This document shows, piece after piece, positions 30,598 to 39,076 of a DNA stretch of 59,287 nt. Numbering within the stretch: position 1 is the stretch's first letter; every line of letters starts with the position of its first letter. The DNA comes from Candidatus Fermentibacterota bacterium (lineage in GTDB: Bacteria; Fermentibacterota; Fermentibacteria; Fermentibacterales; Fermentibacteraceae): positions 1-59,287 of the forward strand of contig JAAYTY010000101.1 in assembly GCA_012523605.1 (NCBI GenBank), read 5' to 3'. Both the position numbers and the translations under genes were made by a program. Below the pieces are notes generated by a model. It did not search any database, was not told the origin of the DNA, and saw nothing but the letters and a program-made list of their open reading frames with translations.

Positions 30598-31089
30598 CTA
30601 TTTCTCCAGGCTGGGTTTTTCGCCGGTCTCGAGGAATCTCAGGAAGTCGCGCAGGACCTCTGCGTGGTCGAACGCCATCTCGTCCCAGGGGATCTCCGAG
30701 AAGCGGAATGCCCGGGCAGTTTCTGCGTCGTCGCCTCCACGGGGCGCGCCCTCTGCCGTGCAGTGGTACATCACGCTCACCGTATCGCCCCTCGGATCGC
30801 GCCAGGGCCGGGAATAGACGTGGAATAGGTCCTTGATCTCGATCTCGAGCCCCGTCTCCTCGAGAGCCTCCCTGCGTACGGCCTCGGCAAGGCTCTCTCC
30901 AGGATCTACGAACCCCCCGGGGATGGCCCAGCCGGCAGGGAAGTGCCCTCTCTCGATCAGGACGATACGCTTGCCCCGCATGACTATCAGGGCATCGACG
31001 GTCACCTGTGGCGTCAGCGGTCTCACTTCATCTCCGATCCCGGCGCTTTCAGCCGCTCCATCAGGAGTTATATACTCCCGCCAGTACAC
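30598..31089 (-). CDS. NUDIX hydrolase
   Basis: Nudix box GGFVDPGESLAEAVRREALEETGL. The stop abuts the convergent OmpA-like stop with zero gap. The GTG start at 31089 is uncertain because it lies only 17 nt from the divergent gene. Confidence 0.8.
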   Translation of the reverse strand: MYWREYITPDGAAESAGIGDEVRPLTPQVTVDALIVMRGKRIVLIERGHFPAGWAIPGGFVDPGESLAEAVRREALEETGLEIEIKDLFHVYSRPWRDPRGDTVSVMYHCTAEGAPRGGDDAETARAFRFSEIPWDEMAFDHAEVLRDFLRFLETGEKPSLEK

Positions 31090-31106
31090 CCCGGGGAGGA
31101 AGAAAC

Positions 31107-31565
31107 ATGAGAAGCTTCTTGACTGCCGCGATCCTTGCTCTGCTGAGCCTTTCTGCCTGTGGCTCCCCGTCTCCTGGCGGTTCCGGAGACGCGGCTTCGG
31201 GCGGAGCTTCGGAGCTGACCTGGATCGAAGAGGACTTCGAGGCGGCGGCTGCCGCCTCGCGCGAATCAGGGAAGCCGATCCTCATGGACCTCTACGCCGA
31301 CTGGTGCGGCCCCTGCCGGACACTGTCGGAGGAGTTCTTCACGAGCGAGGAGATGAGGGGCGTCCTGTCCCGGTTCGTCCTGTTCAGAGCCAACGTCGAC
31401 GGCGCCGGGGGCGGGGTGCTTGCCGAGCGCTACGGTGCGAGTGCGATTCCTCTGGTCGTGGTCGTCTCCGCGGACGGCACCGAGTACGATCGCATCGTCG
31501 GAGTCCCCTCCTCGATCGCCGAATACGTGTCCGACCTCGAGAGCATCCTCGGGGCGATAAAGTAG
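31107..31565 (+). CDS. Thioredoxin-fold lipoprotein (CGPC active site)
   Basis: ATG at 31107 after GGAGGA. Lipobox LLSLSAC. Contains ILMDLYADWCGPCRTL. Confidence 0.8.
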   Translation: MRSFLTAAILALLSLSACGSPSPGGSGDAASGGASELTWIEEDFEAAAAASRESGKPILMDLYADWCGPCRTLSEEFFTSEEMRGVLSRFVLFRANVDGAGGGVLAERYGASAIPLVVVVSADGTEYDRIVGVPSSIAEYVSDLESILGAIK

Positions 31566-31587
31566 CTGGAACGGGGCCGCATGCGCG

Positions 31588-31616
31588 GGGGGCGGGCCCG
31601 AAGGCCCGCCCCCTTT
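31588..31616. terminator. GC-rich hairpin terminator between convergent genes
   Basis: gggggcgggcc (31588-31598), loop cgaa, ggcccgccccc (31603-31613), then ttt. Confidence 0.7.
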
Positions 31617-31634
31617 CTGCAGTGTCGTTCCGGG

Positions 31635-33176
31635 CTAGAACTTGACCACCCGGAGAGCCTCCACCGCATCCTCGGTAGAAAGGCGCACGATGTAGATGCC
31701 CGAGGGCATCGCCGCGGCCTCCCATGGAACGGTGTGCTCACCGGCGGACATCTCGCCGTCGACGAGAGTCGCCACTCTGCGGCCGCTCATGTCCATGACA
31801 TAGAGATCGACCGATGCGGGGCCGGCCAGTCCGAAGGTGAACGCGGCGCTGCTCGAGAACGGGTTGGCGATGCAGGCCAGGCTGCCGGCCAGCGGGGCTA
31901 ATCCGCCGTCACCGACGCCGGTGCCGATCGCTCCGCCCAGGTAGTAGCTGTCGCCGCAGCTGTTGGGGATGTCGTCCCACTGCGGGTGCTCCTGGCCGCT
32001 CTGGGCGTAGGAGTCCCACTCCTCGGCGCGGTAGGCGGCCTCGTAGTAACTGACATGTCCGTCGCCGTTCATGTCGGGATTGCCGGGCAGGGCGCCGCCG
32101 GGATAGGAGCCTCCGGGAGGAACCGAGCCGTGGTGCGCACCGACCCACCAGTAGGCCCACTCGTCGTACTGCGGGTAGGTCGCGCCGGCCCAGGAGGATT
32201 CGTAGCCGTTGGCCGCGGATGCGAACGTTCTGGGGCCCGAGCCCTGGATGGTCTCCTCCAGGAAGCCGCCGGAGAAGCACTGCTCCATGGCCACGTTGAT
32301 AGAGGCGGCGTTCAAGGTGTTGAGCCAGCCTTCGAAGGTGTCGTCGTCGAGGGTCTGAGTGTTCCAGAGGTTCAGGATGACCTCGGGAGGGTTGTTGCCA
32401 TAGAGCTTGCCCGTACCGCCGTGGTCGGTGGTGAAGATCACGAGATGATCGTTCGGACCGACCATGCCGGCAATCGCGTTGTATCCGCTGGTGACGCCGG
32501 TCGTGGTGGCGTCGAAGTCGATGTCGGTATCACCGTCGCCATCGAGGTCGGGGTTGGAGTTGGCGCCGCCGGACTGGTCGGGCGCCGGGTTGGTCCCGTC
32601 GGCGAAGCAGATGACTATATGGTCGTCGGTGTAACCGTAATCGTCGGTGATGGTCAGGTAGAAGAACTGGACGTCGCCGTAGTAGCGGACATGGTTGTTG
32701 CTGGAATCGTACCCGCCGGAGATGATCCACGCGTAGGTGTGGGCCGGGTCGTTGCCGGCCCTGGGGTTCGGCACCCACCAGTCGAGAATCTGCTGCCTGA
32801 GATCGGCCTGTGACGGCACCGGCAGGTCGCTGTACTCCTGGGTCATGCGCTGGAGGGCCGAGGGAGGGGTGAGCATGTTGACGACCTGCATCTCGCCGGC
32901 ATGGGACACGAACACCCAGCGGCAGGGGTGCTCCCAGTTGGCGAGACCCATGTCGTCCACGAGAACCAGGTATCCGGCGAACGGCGCGGGAATCTCCTCG
33001 TGCCAGGTTTCGATCATCTGGCCGGCGGAGATCTCTGCGGGCAGGGACCAGACGACCTTTCCCTCGATGCTGCCGCCGAGGAGGTCGCAATACACCTGCT
33101 CGGCCGCCTGGCGCGGGCTCGAGACTGAAGCCCACGCGGCAGCGGCGGCGAGAAGAACACAGATCGTGACCTTCAT
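31635..33176 (-). CDS. Secreted clan-CD (legumain/C13-like, caspase-fold) cysteine peptidase with a C-terminal T9SS/FlgD-Ig-like sorting domain
   Basis: ATG at 33176 with AGGAAAGGTGG upstream (GTG at 33185 is the alternative start). Signal peptide present. His-Gly and Cys dyad context FTTDHGG ... MEQCFSGGF. C-terminus ...VDLYVMDMSGRRVATLVDGEMSAGEHTVPWEAAAMPSGIYIVRL...VVKF. Confidence 0.65.
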   Translation of the reverse strand: MKVTICVLLAAAAAWASVSSPRQAAEQVYCDLLGGSIEGKVVWSLPAEISAGQMIETWHEEIPAPFAGYLVLVDDMGLANWEHPCRWVFVSHAGEMQVVNMLTPPSALQRMTQEYSDLPVPSQADLRQQILDWWVPNPRAGNDPAHTYAWIISGGYDSSNNHVRYYGDVQFFYLTITDDYGYTDDHIVICFADGTNPAPDQSGGANSNPDLDGDGDTDIDFDATTTGVTSGYNAIAGMVGPNDHLVIFTTDHGGTGKLYGNNPPEVILNLWNTQTLDDDTFEGWLNTLNAASINVAMEQCFSGGFLEETIQGSGPRTFASAANGYESSWAGATYPQYDEWAYWWVGAHHGSVPPGGSYPGGALPGNPDMNGDGHVSYYEAAYRAEEWDSYAQSGQEHPQWDDIPNSCGDSYYLGGAIGTGVGDGGLAPLAGSLACIANPFSSSAAFTFGLAGPASVDLYVMDMSGRRVATLVDGEMSAGEHTVPWEAAAMPSGIYIVRLSTEDAVEALRVVKF

Positions 33177-33357
33177 GGGAACCACCTTTCCTGAGGGACT
33201 ACGGTCGGATCACCCTGTTTCCTCCAGAGATATAGTTTCGCACTTCCGGCAACCCCGGTCAAGCATTCCCCGGCAACCAGGCACGACGAACCCGAAACGG
33301 GGAGCCCGCGGAGGCGACGCCCCGGACACTGCCGCTTCCGGGCGGAGCGGTGCTGTA

Positions 33358-33870
33358 TCAGTACCCGGCTCTCACCTGCACATGCAGTCTGTTCCCGGCG
33401 GTGTCGAGAACTCCCAGGAGAATGTCGAGGACCGCCTCCGCATCCTCGACCGGTCTCGTTTCCGAAGCCCATAGGACATTGTCTCCGGAGGTCCTGCAGG
33501 TGTAGAGGCCTTCCCGGAGGTCGAGCGGAACTTCCAGACCCTCGAACGGAATAGCCTGCCGCACTTCTGCCGGGATCGGAAGAGGCTTCCAGCCCATTGC
33601 GGGCGCATTTTCCAGGAAGGATTCCTCCTGTTCGTCGGTCAGAAGATAGCACGCGGAGATGGAAAGCCCCTCCCGCTGGCCGAAGCCCATCGTGGGTGGG
33701 AACCCGCTGTAGCTTGCAAGCTCTGCATCTCCGGGAATTGCGAAGATCTGCCGGAGCCGCTCCTGGTCTCCGGCATCCTGCGCGGGCTGATCCGGCCCGC
33801 AGGACTGCGGGGAGCAGATCAGCACGGCTGCGGTGATCAGCATTCCCAGCGATTCCGATGGAAGGTTCAT
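33358..33870 (-). CDS. Hypothetical protein (possible lipoprotein)
   Basis: 170-aa ORF. ATGA overlap with the upstream glycosyltransferase stop. Hydrophobic N-terminus with Cys residues. No recognisable domain. Confidence 0.5.
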   Translation of the reverse strand: MNLPSESLGMLITAAVLICSPQSCGPDQPAQDAGDQERLRQIFAIPGDAELASYSGFPPTMGFGQREGLSISACYLLTDEQEESFLENAPAMGWKPLPIPAEVRQAIPFEGLEVPLDLREGLYTCRTSGDNVLWASETRPVEDAEAVLDILLGVLDTAGNRLHVQVRAGY

Positions 33871-34991
33871 CCCCGACTCCCGTTGTCGCTGCGCACCGGC
33901 CTGCCGTGCTTGTCACGCCCCCGGGCCGCCCTCTCCAGTATCCGTGAGACGACGAAATCGGTGTCGCACGCCAGAGGAGGCGGGGCGGGCGCCTGCACGA
34001 CGGTGTCAAGGGCATCGGCAAGCCCGCTCCCTCCTATCTCTTCCGGGCCGAGGATCAGGGAGGCGGGCCTCTCCAGGAGGGGCCGGATCAGATAGGGAAC
34101 CTCGGGGAAGTCGTCCCTGTCCAGTGCGATCACCGGCTTGCCCAGCGCCAGAGCCATCGAGACGGTTCCATAGCCGGGGGTTATCAGGAGGGCGTCGGCG
34201 GCGGCGGCCAGATCGGCATACCGGAGTCCGCGCGCCTCCAGTTCCTGCGGCGGGATGTTCTCCACGCCCTGAAGGCCCCTGTGCGGCAGGGAGCAGAACG
34301 CCTTCCAGCCCCGGGGAAGAGCCGGTTCGGTCGTGCCCGCCCGCAGGGGATCCCTCAGCGTCACGAGGAGGTTTCGGCCGCGCCCGAGGATCTCCCGAGC
34401 CCGGGAAGCGTTCCTGGATGATCCGCCGGGCACCAGGCCCACATCCTCCGAGGTTTCGAAAGGACTGTGAGGGGGGCCCAGAGGCAGTCTCAGGTAGTGC
34501 GCGGTTTGATAGAGGTCCGCAATGACATCACAGAGTGCTTCGAGATCCGGGAACATCTCCCTGTAGATCCAGTCCCAAGTGAAGTTGCCGATGGCCAGGC
34601 AGTCGAGTCCGGCCATGAAAGCGGCGGCTGCCGGGACGGGATCAATGTCGGTGACCACCAGATCAGCTCCCGTGGATTCCAGGATTCCGCGGCATTCGCC
34701 CAGATGATCCTCCATGCGCCCGGGAAATTCCGTCAGGAACACGCGGGTCGCCTCGTGATCTATCCGTCCGGGCTTTTCGCGGGGCACGGGCCCGGAGGCC
34801 CACCGGACGAGAGACACCCGATCCACCTGCCTCCAGAACCACGGGGAAACGCCTGTGACGACGGTGACGCCCGCCCCCGGACACGACTCGAGGAGATTCT
34901 CGATGATCTCACGCTGCCTGGCGGCATGCCCCCATCCGTGGTCCGAAACGAACCAGGCGATCCGCGGCCCGGCGTGCGAGGAGGATTTCAT
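33867..34991 (-). CDS. GT-B fold glycosyltransferase (GT1/GT28-like, MJ1255-type)
   Basis: 374-aa ORF. N-terminal IAWFVSDHGWGHAARQ (G-rich loop plus His) and C-terminal ITPGYGTVSMALALGKPVI, typical of the nucleotide-sugar binding half. Confidence 0.6.
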   Translation of the reverse strand: MKSSSHAGPRIAWFVSDHGWGHAARQREIIENLLESCPGAGVTVVTGVSPWFWRQVDRVSLVRWASGPVPREKPGRIDHEATRVFLTEFPGRMEDHLGECRGILESTGADLVVTDIDPVPAAAAFMAGLDCLAIGNFTWDWIYREMFPDLEALCDVIADLYQTAHYLRLPLGPPHSPFETSEDVGLVPGGSSRNASRAREILGRGRNLLVTLRDPLRAGTTEPALPRGWKAFCSLPHRGLQGVENIPPQELEARGLRYADLAAAADALLITPGYGTVSMALALGKPVIALDRDDFPEVPYLIRPLLERPASLILGPEEIGGSGLADALDTVVQAPAPPPLACDTDFVVSRILERAARGRDKHGRPVRSDNGSRG

Positions 34992-35117
34992 CCGCCCGCT
35001 TCCTCCCTGTTGGTGTCAGGTTAAATAAACTTAAGAAACCCTCTTCCCGGGCACCAGAGAGGGCTGAAACACCCGAACCCTCTTGAAAACGAATCCTATT
35101 CCGTCCAGAATCAGGAT

Positions 35118-36146
35118 ATGGAAACAGGCGCGAGACTCGATTCTCCCGGATCCCTGCATCACGTCATGGGTCGCGGAGCAGAAGGCGCTGCGGTGTTCAA
35201 AAGCCCCGAAGCCTGTCGCGACTTCCTCGACAGGCTGGGCAGATCGGCATCGCAGACCGGGCTCTCCGTCCATGCCTGGACCATCATGCCGAACCATTTC
35301 CACCTCCTGGTCGAAGTAGGGGAACAGCCTCTGCAGATAGCCATGCACAGGCTGCTGACAGGGTTCAGCAACTACTACAACCGCAGATTCGAGCACCGCG
35401 GACACGTATTCATGACACGCTACAAGTCGATTCTGGTGCAGAAGGACGGATACCGCCTGGAACTCATCAGATACATACACCTGAACCCCCTGCGCGCAGG
35501 TCTCGTAGGTTCGTTGGCCGAACTGCAGAACTATCCCTGGTCGAGCCATACCGAAGTGATGACGGGGATCAGGACCGACTGGTACGACCCCCGCAGGGTT
35601 CTCGACGCCTTCTCGAGAAGCACTGGAAAAGCCCGCGACGCCTATCGCAGGTTCCTCGAGGAGGGTCTCGACCAGGCGGAGAGCGAGGAATACGAAAACG
35701 GCTGTTTCCTGATCGGCCGAAGGGGGATCGTCGAGGAAACCGGAGCCCGGGTCGACCAGAGAAGATACGATTTCCCCGGACCAGTTCTGGGCTCGAGGGA
35801 TTTCGCACGCAGTATCGCGTCACAGATCGAAGGGAGACATCGAACCGTGCGGAATCGCAGGGAAATGCACGAGTTTGTGGAGTTGGTCATCGAGATCTCT
35901 GTCGGTCTCTTCGGCGTGAACAGGGCTGCTCTTCATGGAGGCGGCAGGAAGGGTCGGATTTCCAGAGCGAGACTGGTCATCTCCAGAATCCTGGAGGATG
36001 CCGGGCTTCCGCGGATGGATATCGCAAGAGCGCTCCATGTAACACCGAGCGCTGTCTGCCTCGTCCTGCGCAGGCAACCCGGCGACGAAGACGCCGCAAT
36101 CGAAGCGACGATCAGGGACAGGATCGGCATGCAGTCTCGGGCCTGA
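35118..36146 (+). CDS. IS200/RAYT-like HUH (Y1) transposase-family protein fused to a C-terminal DnaA-C-like helix-turn-helix
   Basis: GSLHHVMGRG, HUH motif PNHFHLLVEV, and Tyr motif LIRYIHLNPLRAGLV. C-terminal SRARLVISRILEDAGLPRMDIARALHVTPSAVCLVLRR. More A/T-ending codons than neighbouring genes. AT-rich stretch ttaaataaacttaagaaa upstream. Confidence 0.8.
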   Translation: METGARLDSPGSLHHVMGRGAEGAAVFKSPEACRDFLDRLGRSASQTGLSVHAWTIMPNHFHLLVEVGEQPLQIAMHRLLTGFSNYYNRRFEHRGHVFMTRYKSILVQKDGYRLELIRYIHLNPLRAGLVGSLAELQNYPWSSHTEVMTGIRTDWYDPRRVLDAFSRSTGKARDAYRRFLEEGLDQAESEEYENGCFLIGRRGIVEETGARVDQRRYDFPGPVLGSRDFARSIASQIEGRHRTVRNRREMHEFVELVIEISVGLFGVNRAALHGGGRKGRISRARLVISRILEDAGLPRMDIARALHVTPSAVCLVLRRQPGDEDAAIEATIRDRIGMQSRA

Positions 36147-36237
36147 ACCGAACCCGACAGACTCTCGTTCCTCCTGCCGGATCGAATCATGACCAGAAAG
36201 CGACCTCGAGCGGATGCCTGCGGTTTCTCAAACATCT

Positions 36238-37089
36238 TCAACCTGATACCGCAGCCGGGGCGAGATTGACGAGGAGGAGGGAGAGGGCCGTGAGCAGCAT
36301 GGAAACGAGGGCCGGGCGGGAAGGTTTTTCTCCGAAGACAGCCAGGGCGGCGGCTCCCGCAACGAGTATCGTGCCGCTCCCGTAGGCCGCGAACGCCACA
36401 GGCGCGGGCAGATCGCCCAACGCCGCCAGCAGGAACCTCGAGGCCAGCATGTTCGGCACTCCTATTGCAAGCCCCACCCCCGCGGACTTCGCGTCGATCC
36501 TCCATCCGGAATGCGCCAGCATCGGAAGGCTCAGCAGCATGGCCGTGGAGAACACGCTCAGGAGGAAGAGGCTTTCCGTTCCGGGAACGGCGTTTTTCTG
36601 GAAGAGCTTGTTCGAGAACTCGGCAAGCCCGCCGGAGACGAAGAGCAGCAGGAGGACGGGGGACAGCCGGCCACGGGCACCCGGCGAAGGAAGCCCCAGC
36701 GCCGCGAGCGCGAGCAATCCCAGAGCTACCCCGGCCCATTGCAGGGGAGGCGGGTTCTCGCCCCAAACCGTCACCGAGACGACCAGAGGAATCAGGATGC
36801 CGAGCTTGATCACGCTGCTCGAGATGCCGACTCCGCAGTTCGGAACGGCCGACTGGTAGAATACGAAGCCCAGAAGGTAGAACACGCCGCCGGCTACCCC
36901 GGCGCCCACGGCCCATCCGATGCCGCCCGACGACCCTTCCCCGGAGAGGAAGGATAGAAGCGACATGACGGCTGCAGCGAGATAGTTCGCCGTGACGACG
37001 ACGGGCCTGTGCGCGGACATCCTGTCGGAGGCTTTGAAGAGCACGGCAATCGATGCGCTGGAGATCATCGCCGCGAAAAGCCAGAGCAA
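36238..37089 (-). CDS. EamA/DMT-superfamily transporter
   Basis: 283-aa ORF with about ten hydrophobic helices in two similar halves. TTG start at 37089; an internal ATG is the alternative. Confidence 0.7.
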   Translation of the reverse strand: MLWLFAAMISSASIAVLFKASDRMSAHRPVVVTANYLAAAVMSLLSFLSGEGSSGGIGWAVGAGVAGGVFYLLGFVFYQSAVPNCGVGISSSVIKLGILIPLVVSVTVWGENPPPLQWAGVALGLLALAALGLPSPGARGRLSPVLLLLFVSGGLAEFSNKLFQKNAVPGTESLFLLSVFSTAMLLSLPMLAHSGWRIDAKSAGVGLAIGVPNMLASRFLLAALGDLPAPVAFAAYGSGTILVAGAAALAVFGEKPSRPALVSMLLTALSLLLVNLAPAAVSG

Positions 37090-37461
37090 CTCCGTTCACC
37101 TCCCCTTGCGGCACGCCCGTCCTCACAGGGCCGGAACATAACCCCGGCCAGGTCTTTGCGCCCTCTTGACATCCTGATCGCCCTGCGCGAGCTTACCCGT
37201 GCTCCGGCCTTTTGCCGGGGCTGGATCAGTTCCCTGGGCAGTTGTCGCGAAAAGAGAGCCTGGTAACCATTTCCGCTGCGTCTTTGACGATCCCGTTCCC
37301 CGTCTGCGCCCTTTCCAGCGCAATCAGGGTCATCATCGAGGCATGTGGTCACGGACTTCCGGTCTTCTCCCGGAGCCGACGGGCCCCTTTTCCGTCCTGC
37401 CTGCAGGGCGTGATCGGCCGCCGGGCCGAATAGCGGGCTGAGACCCGGAAGGAAGGTGTAG

Positions 37462-37749
37462 ATGGGCAACAAGCTGTTTGTTGGTGGACTCGCATGGGCC
37501 ACTACCGACGTGACCCTGAAGGAGGCCTTCGCACAGCACGGCGAAGTGCGCGAGGCGAGGGTGGTTCTGGACAAGGAGACGGGGCGCTCGCGCGGTTTCG
37601 GCTTCGTCACATTCGCCTCGGAGGAGGATGCCGCCCGCGCCAAGGACGCCATGAACGGCGCCATGATCGACGGGAGGGCCGTCCGCGTGGACTTCTCGCA
37701 GGAGAAGGACCGTCCCGCGGGGCCCCGCCGCAACCCCCGCGAGCCCTAG
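37462..37749 (+). CDS. Single-RRM RNA-binding protein
   Basis: RNP-2 LFVGGL and RNP-1 RGFGFVTF. 95 aa. GGAAGGAAGGTG lies upstream of the ATG. Confidence 0.9.
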   Translation: MGNKLFVGGLAWATTDVTLKEAFAQHGEVREARVVLDKETGRSRGFGFVTFASEEDAARAKDAMNGAMIDGRAVRVDFSQEKDRPAGPRRNPREP

Positions 37750-37818
37750 AGCCGCGTCCGAAAACCCTGAAACCTGCGGGGGCGAGCACGAGGCCCGCCC
37801 CCCCTCATCACTAGAACC

Positions 37819-39054
37819 ATGAACTGCCGACCCCTCCGAAGACTCGCCGGCTTCCTGGGCCTGAGGCGAAGCATCGTCGGGCTGCTCACTATGGCCGTCC
37901 TCGTGGGCATGGGCGAGCGTATGGCCGAGCGCTTCCTTCCGGTGTATCTCATGGCGCTGGGCGGAGGAGCCCTCTCAGTGGGTCTCCTCAATGGAATGGA
38001 CAATCTGCTCTCGGCCCTCTACTCCTTCCCCGGGGGCTATCTCTCGGACAGGCTGGGCACGAAGCGAGCCCTTGGGCTTTTCAACCTCCTCGCCATCGCC
38101 GGATATGCGATCGTCATCGCGGTCCCGAAGTGGGAGGCGGTAATAGCAGGGTCGGCGCTGTTCCTCAGCTGGACGGCCATCTCCCTTCCCGCAACGATGG
38201 ATCTGGTGTCGAGATCCCTTCCCCGGAACAAGCGCACGATGGGCGTTTCTCTCCATTCGCTCGTGAGACGTGTTCCCATGGCTCTCGGCCCCGTCCTCGG
38301 AGGGCTCTGCATAGACCGCTGGGGGCGCGTGGATGGCGTCAGGACGGCCTTCATCGCGGCGGCGGCGATGGCCGTCCTCTCCACGGTGGCGCAGCAGATC
38401 CTTATAAGGGAGGAGAAGGTCGCGCGGAAGAGGGCGGAGAAGAACCCCCTGAGGCTCTGGCGCGAGATGAGCCCCGACCTCAGGAACCTGCTGACCTCGG
38501 ACATCCTCATCAGGTTCTGCGAGCAGATACCCTACGCCTTCATGGCGATATGGTGCATGGAGGTGATCGGCACAGCCGGCGTGGGAGGCGCCCCGGTCAA
38601 CGCAACCCAGTTCGGTCTTCTGACCTCTGTCGAGATGGCCACGGCCATGCTGGTCTACATACCCGTGGCCTGGCTGGCCGACAGGGGAGGAAAGAAGCCC
38701 TTCGTTCTCGCGACATTCGTCTTCTTCACGATCTTCCCGCTGGCGTTGTGGCTCTCTAGATCCTTCTGGCCGCTGGTGGCGGCCTTCGTGGTGCGAGGCC
38801 TCAAGGAGTTCGGCGAACCCACGCGCAAGGCCCTTATAATGGACCACGCCCCGGAGGACAGAAAGGCAGGGATGTTCGGCCTCTACTATCTGGTGCGCGA
38901 CGTGATCGTCTCGATCGCGGCTTTCGCCGGAGCGCTGCTCTGGATGATCTCGCCGGCCGTGAATTTCATTGCAGCATCGTCATTCGGACTCGCGGGGACC
39001 GTCTGGTTCGCGCTCCGGGGAAGAGACTCGAGCCCCGCACCGACTCGCTCCTGA
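37819..39054 (+). CDS. MFS transporter
   Basis: 411-aa ORF with 12 predicted helices and the loop 2-3 motif GGYLSDRLGTKR. Confidence 0.85.
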   Translation: MNCRPLRRLAGFLGLRRSIVGLLTMAVLVGMGERMAERFLPVYLMALGGGALSVGLLNGMDNLLSALYSFPGGYLSDRLGTKRALGLFNLLAIAGYAIVIAVPKWEAVIAGSALFLSWTAISLPATMDLVSRSLPRNKRTMGVSLHSLVRRVPMALGPVLGGLCIDRWGRVDGVRTAFIAAAAMAVLSTVAQQILIREEKVARKRAEKNPLRLWREMSPDLRNLLTSDILIRFCEQIPYAFMAIWCMEVIGTAGVGGAPVNATQFGLLTSVEMATAMLVYIPVAWLADRGGKKPFVLATFVFFTIFPLALWLSRSFWPLVAAFVVRGLKEFGEPTRKALIMDHAPEDRKAGMFGLYYLVRDVIVSIAAFAGALLWMISPAVNFIAASSFGLAGTVWFALRGRDSSPAPTRS

Positions 39055-39076
39055 CACCCTCCGGGAATCTCCGCGC

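Noticed and set aside
37166-37194. TTGACA at 37166-37171 as the RRM gene promoter.
   Set aside because: No acceptable -10 hexamer occurs at 16-19 nt spacing (gagctt or agctta), so it was not called.
20850-37802. Shared GGGGGCGG(G)CC...GG(C)CCGCCCCC hairpins at 20850, 28667, 31588 and 37778 as a REP family serviced by the RAYT-like gene.
   Set aside because: All sit immediately after stop codons, and most are followed by T-runs, so they behave as ordinary GC-rich intrinsic terminators. Four loosely similar copies are too few, and they lack a conserved REP-type flanking tetranucleotide. Only a genome-wide count could revive the idea.
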